From an uncultured delta proteobacterium (GTDB lineage Bacteria; Desulfobacterota; Binatia; UBA9968): a stretch of DNA of 35,346 nucleotides. The notes under the pieces are model-generated. The model searched no databases, was not told the origin of the DNA, and worked only from the letters and a program-made list of their open reading frames with translations. The stretch covers positions 1-35,346 of the forward strand of contig CAVSLC010000027.1 in the NCBI GenBank assembly GCA_963728565.1, read 5' to 3'. Positions 31,665 through 35,346 of this stretch are shown piece after piece (position 1 is the first letter of the stretch; each line of letters starts with the position of its first letter). A program made the position numbers and the translations under genes.

Positions 31665-32662
31665 ATGATTTTTACATTGGCCAAAATCGACACACTCTTG
31701 CTTGCGCTGGTGGCGTTTCTCTGCTCATTTTTCGCCAGCCAATCGATCTTCGGCGCAGACAAGATACGCATCGCCTATACTTCGCCGGGCCCACAGCATG
31801 GTGTTCTCTGGATCGGTGATGTCGCTGGAGTGTTTAAGAAAAACAATCTGGACCTCGAGATTATTTATATGCCGGGAAACATCTCGATGGGATCGCTGAT
31901 ATCCGGCGAGCTCAATTTCGGGCAGATGACCGGCGCGCTCATGTCACCGGCCCGGCTGCAAGGAAGCGATGTCGTAATGCTGGTCAGCATCCAAGAGTTG
32001 CTTGACGATCGCTTGGTGGTCCGGCCCAATATCAAGACGCCGGAAGAGCTCAAAGGCAAACGCATCGCGGTTTCCCGTTTTGGCGCCGCTTCGCATATGC
32101 GCGTGCTCAATATGTTGCCGCGCTTCGGCTTGACGGATAAAGACATTACCTTTTTGCAGATCGGTGACACGCCGGCGCGGATCATCGCTATGGTGGGAAA
32201 CTCAGCGGACGCATCGAGCTTTTCACCCCCCGATCATCTCGCCGCAGTTCAATCCGGCATGCGCGTCCTGCTCAACATGGCCGAGCTGAACATTTATTAT
32301 CAAGGCACCGGATTGGTGGCATCGCAGCGTTACATTGCCAAGAATCGCGACATCGTCAACGCATGGTGAAAAGCTATGTGGACACAATTCATATCGTGAA
32401 AACCAACCCGGAACTGGCCAAGCGGGCATTTGTCAAATACCGCAAGACCAAAGACGAGAAGCAGCTGGAAGACGCCTATCAGACCTTGCTAGAAATCGTT
32501 AAACCCAAACCCTATCCCAACCTGGAATCGTTCAAGACCATCTTCAAAGATGTCAGCGACCGGCTGCCGGCCGCCAGGACGGCAAATGCAAAAGAATTCG
32601 TTGACACGAGCTTTCTCGAAGAGCTGGATAAATCCGGATACATCGACGGGCTCTACCGCTGA
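31665..32662 (+). CDS. ABC-type substrate-binding protein, NMT1/SsuA-like (frameshift near 32365)
   Basis: GVFKKNNLDLEII, ELKGKRIAVSRFG, and C-terminal FVDTSFLEELDKSGYIDGLY in ORF 32363-32662. Confidence 0.88.
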
Positions 32663-32677
32663 GCTTGGCGCGAACGC

Positions 32678-32718
32678 AAAAAAGCCGCCGTGCACTTTTT
32701 ACGCACGGCGGCTTTTTT
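32678..32718. terminator. Bidirectional rho-independent terminator
   Basis: AAAAAAGCCGCCGTGC-loop-GCACGGCGGCTTTTTT between convergent genes. Confidence 0.9.
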
Positions 32719-32735
32719 CGAAATATATCGTTTGT

Positions 32736-33791
32736 CTATTGACCCAGCAACTTTTTGATCCGCGCGACGATTTCAGGCGGCTGGTTCATCGCATCTTTGA
32801 CGATTTTTTCCAGCTCTTCGCCCGGCGATGGATCGAGCTCGAACTTTCGTTTTTCCAACTCGGCTAGGAATTCCTTATCCTCCATGGTCTTGTTGAAAGC
32901 ATCGCGCAAAATTTTCACGCGGTCCGGCGGAACCCCCGGCGTGGCCAGCATCGGCCGGCCCAGGGCGCCGGATGCCAACATCACAGTGGCGAGACGCCGG
33001 CTCGCTTCCGGCGTTTTATACTTGTCCATGAGCTCCCATATGGTCTCGGTATCGGGCAGCTTGCTATCGCGCTTCTTGCCGGTTTGGATAATGTTGCGAA
33101 CAAACCCCTTCTTGCGCCAGGTATGATAGGGCTCGCGCGAAAAAAACGCCTCAATGGTAAAAGCGCGGCACTGGATTTCGCCTCTCTCCACCGCCAAGTC
33201 GATCTCCGGCCCGCCGGGATAACCCTGCACCAGGTTGAACTTCGTGCCGATCACTTCCTCAAACAGCTTCGGCACGTAGTAGGCCGTGTCCGATGTCCCC
33301 TGCGCTCCGCAGCGTGGCGGTTCCTTGGCGTTGCGCACGTCATCCATCGTTTTGTAGGGAGTGTCGGCGCGCATATACATCTGCAACTCTCCCTGCACCG
33401 GGGAACCGATCCAGACAAATTTGGCCCAATCGTATTGAGCTTCCTTGCGCCCCACCAGTTGGTCGAAATACAACGTCGGCACGATCGAACCGATCAAGCT
33501 CAAGCCATCCGGCTTGGTTGTTTTATAAACATAGTTCGCCGCGATCATATGGCCAGCGCCAGGCATATTTTGCACGATCACGTTCGGGTTGCCGGGAATG
33601 TGCTTGACCATATGGGTTGCGAGAATGCGTCCCCACTGATCGTAGAGCGCTCCCGCGGTCGTGCCGATGTACACGGTGATGGTTTTGCCTTTATAAAAAT
33701 CGCTTTGCGCCAATGCTGGAGCAGCCGATAACAAACCCGCGAGCAAGGCACCAGCCAAGAAAGCCAAAACAGAACTCTTGACTCAATTCAT
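32736..33791 (-). CDS. TctC/Bug family substrate-binding protein
   Basis: FYKGKTITVYIGTTAGALYD, IVQNMPGAG, GYPGGPEIDLAVERGE. The SD-linked ATG at 33791 is in frame but codon 3 is TGA (error or nonsense mutation). Confidence 0.88.
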
Positions 33792-33818
33792 CGCAGGTCC
33801 TCCTGAAGCGGAACTAAA

Positions 33819-33977
33819 ACAGGTTGATGAAAAAATCTGATTGCAGGACTGCTCAAAAAGATCCAGAGGCGAGGGAAACGGGAAGTCGTTTAATGATGCT
33901 GAGGCATGCACTTACCTTATTTTTCAGACGAGATTCGCTTCAGCGCAACGAAGAATATGGATCTTTTTCAGCAGCCT
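33819..33977 (+). mobile_element. MITE-like repeat, copy C, with flanking 11-bp direct repeat
   Basis: Inverted ends GCAGGACTGCTCAAAAAGATCCA (33843) / TGGATCTTTTTCAGCAGCCTGC, plus an outer partial end ACAGGTTGATGAAAAAATC. GCGGAACTAAA occurs at both 33808-33818 and 33978-33988. Confidence 0.8.
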
Positions 33978-34242
33978 GCGGAACTAAAGTGATGACGGTG
34001 TAGTTAACATGGACGACAAACCGTCAAGGATCGGATATCACCGCCTAAGGCATCATCGAACTGTATGACATTCAATACAGCCTCGACCCGAACCTCGAGA
34101 CGAACAACGCGCAATAATGACTGTCAATTTTTCCGGTGCAGAAAGTTTTTTTCCTCATCGCCGTCTTGTCAATCGAATATTTTTTATAGACGGAATTTAC
34201 TTTCGATATTAACATACGGCCAAAAATTCAACGGAGGAATTC

Positions 34243-35058
34243 ATGGCGAAATTCGCATTGTGCATTGGCATTAATGATTATCCAGGAACCGGCAGCGATC
34301 TGGCCGGCTGTGTCAACGATGTTCGAGACTGGAGCGCCCTGCTTCAGAAGAAGGGATTTGCCGTTTTGCAGATCATCGATAAGCAGGCAACCGGCAAAAA
34401 TATTCGAAGCGCCATCGAATCGACGATCGGCGGAGCAAAAAGCGGCGATACCGTCATCATCCAATACTCCGGACATGGATCGTATGTGCCGGATGAAAAC
34501 GGCGACGAGCCGGATGGCACCGACGAATGTATTTGCCCCTATGACATCAATTCAAAAGGTCCGATTACCGATGACGAGCTCTTCGAACTCTATAGCAGCA
34601 AGAAGACCGGCGTTAAGCTCCTGGTAATTTCAGATTCCTGCCATTCGGGAACCGTCGCGAAGTTCGCGCCCATCACCACCCCGCCGACGATTAAAGGCAG
34701 GGGCGCGCCCACTCGCAAAGTGCGCTTCTTGCCGCCGGCAACTTTCTTATCAAAACGCGACATCGGCAAACTCGGCATCGGCCGCGGCTTACGCCGTTCC
34801 GCTCCTCCAGGACGTTACGCGGCGCTCCTGATGGCTGGTTGCCAGGATACCGAATATAGCTATGACGCTTCCTTTCAGGGGCGTCCCAACGGCGCCTTCA
34901 CATTCGTCGCGATCCGCGCGCTCTCCGGTCTATCGCCCAAGGCGAGCTACAAGCAATGGTATCAGGCCATTCGCAAAGCGCTTCCTTCACAGCAATATCC
35001 GCATACTCCTGATCTCTATGGTACTTCACGCATGAAGACATGGAAGGCATTGGCGTAG
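34243..35058 (+). CDS. Caspase-family (peptidase C14) protein, single-domain metacaspase-like
   Basis: ALCIGINDY, LAGCVNDV, catalytic YSGHGS and SDSCHSG, DEPDGTDECICPYD, ITDDEL, NGAFT. GGAGGA SD. Confidence 0.93.
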   Translation: MAKFALCIGINDYPGTGSDLAGCVNDVRDWSALLQKKGFAVLQIIDKQATGKNIRSAIESTIGGAKSGDTVIIQYSGHGSYVPDENGDEPDGTDECICPYDINSKGPITDDELFELYSSKKTGVKLLVISDSCHSGTVAKFAPITTPPTIKGRGAPTRKVRFLPPATFLSKRDIGKLGIGRGLRRSAPPGRYAALLMAGCQDTEYSYDASFQGRPNGAFTFVAIRALSGLSPKASYKQWYQAIRKALPSQQYPHTPDLYGTSRMKTWKALA

Positions 35059-35258
35059 AGCTGCTGGCAACACTCGGATGCCGATTGCCGTGAGATCGGT
35101 TAACGGTGCGCACAATCGCATTGGCGCGTTCGTCTAGTATTTTCGTGTTCGTGCTCGTTCAGGATTCTCGATCAATTTTCACGACATGAGCACGATGTTC
35201 CGCCGTCGCCTTTGAGGTTGTATCGAGCAGCCTGTGATCAGAGTTAACAAACTATTAG
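35056..35258 (-). mobile_element. MITE-like repeat, copy D, with the same internal hexamer palindrome as copy B
   Basis: Reverse complement reads CTAATAGTTTGTTAACTCTGATCACAGGCTGCTC...AGGCGA...TCGTGCTCATGTCGTGAAAATTGATCGAGAAT...GAGCACGAACACG...CCAGCAGCTCTA. Confidence 0.65.
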
Positions 35259-35288
35259 TCTACTGTGATCGACAGGAAGGATTTGGAG

Positions 35289-35346
35289 ATGCCGACAAAG
35301 ACCATCGAGATTGCCGGCCGGCCGATTACACTGGATGCGCGGCCGG
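35289..35346 (+). CDS. 5' end of a gene, possibly a C1-family (papain-like) peptidase
   Basis: Purine-rich GGAAGGA/GGAG precedes the ATG. MPTKTIEIAGRPITLDARP resembles the LDARPD N-terminus of bacterial C1 peptidases. Only 19 codons are visible. Confidence 0.4.
   Translation, partial: MPTKTIEIAGRPITLDARP

Noticed and set aside
1398-32662. Pervasive frameshifts suggesting mass pseudogenisation or programmed frameshifting
   Set aside because: They are mostly single-base indels in otherwise well-conserved genes, densest in the repetitive kinase, and include compensating sets (10860-10955). No consistent slippery motif was seen. Uncorrected long-read error is the simpler explanation, and reads are needed to confirm.

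Overview
A GC-rich bacterial window with no rRNA, tRNA, CRISPR array or transposase recognised. The many solute-binding proteins and the multi-GAF kinase suggest a soil lineage such as Candidatus Binatia (inference only). Many single-base frameshifts split otherwise intact genes, which points to unpolished long-read assembly, so several genes below are reconstructed across frames. In order: a truncated O-methyltransferase, a histidine-phosphatase-family gene, ABC_sub_bind SBPs flanking a ~6.6 kb soluble histidine kinase with 11 tandem GAF domains, three TctC/Bug SBPs, an SRAP remnant, a thiolase-like + DUF35 pair, a SAM methyltransferase, an amidohydrolase, a TAXI SBP, a Usp-like protein, an FAD oxidoreductase, four NMT1/SsuA-like SBPs around a hydantoinase/oxoprolinase B-A-B operon, and a metacaspase followed by the start of a probable C1 (papain-like) peptidase. 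The most unusual non-coding signals are: four copies of a ~160-200 bp MITE-like element (one with an 11-bp flanking direct repeat, two bracketing the metacaspase in inverted orientation); 7-8-nt periodic inverted repeats at both hydantoinase operon junctions; and a ~230 bp palindromic element read in-frame at the 5' end of an SBP gene.
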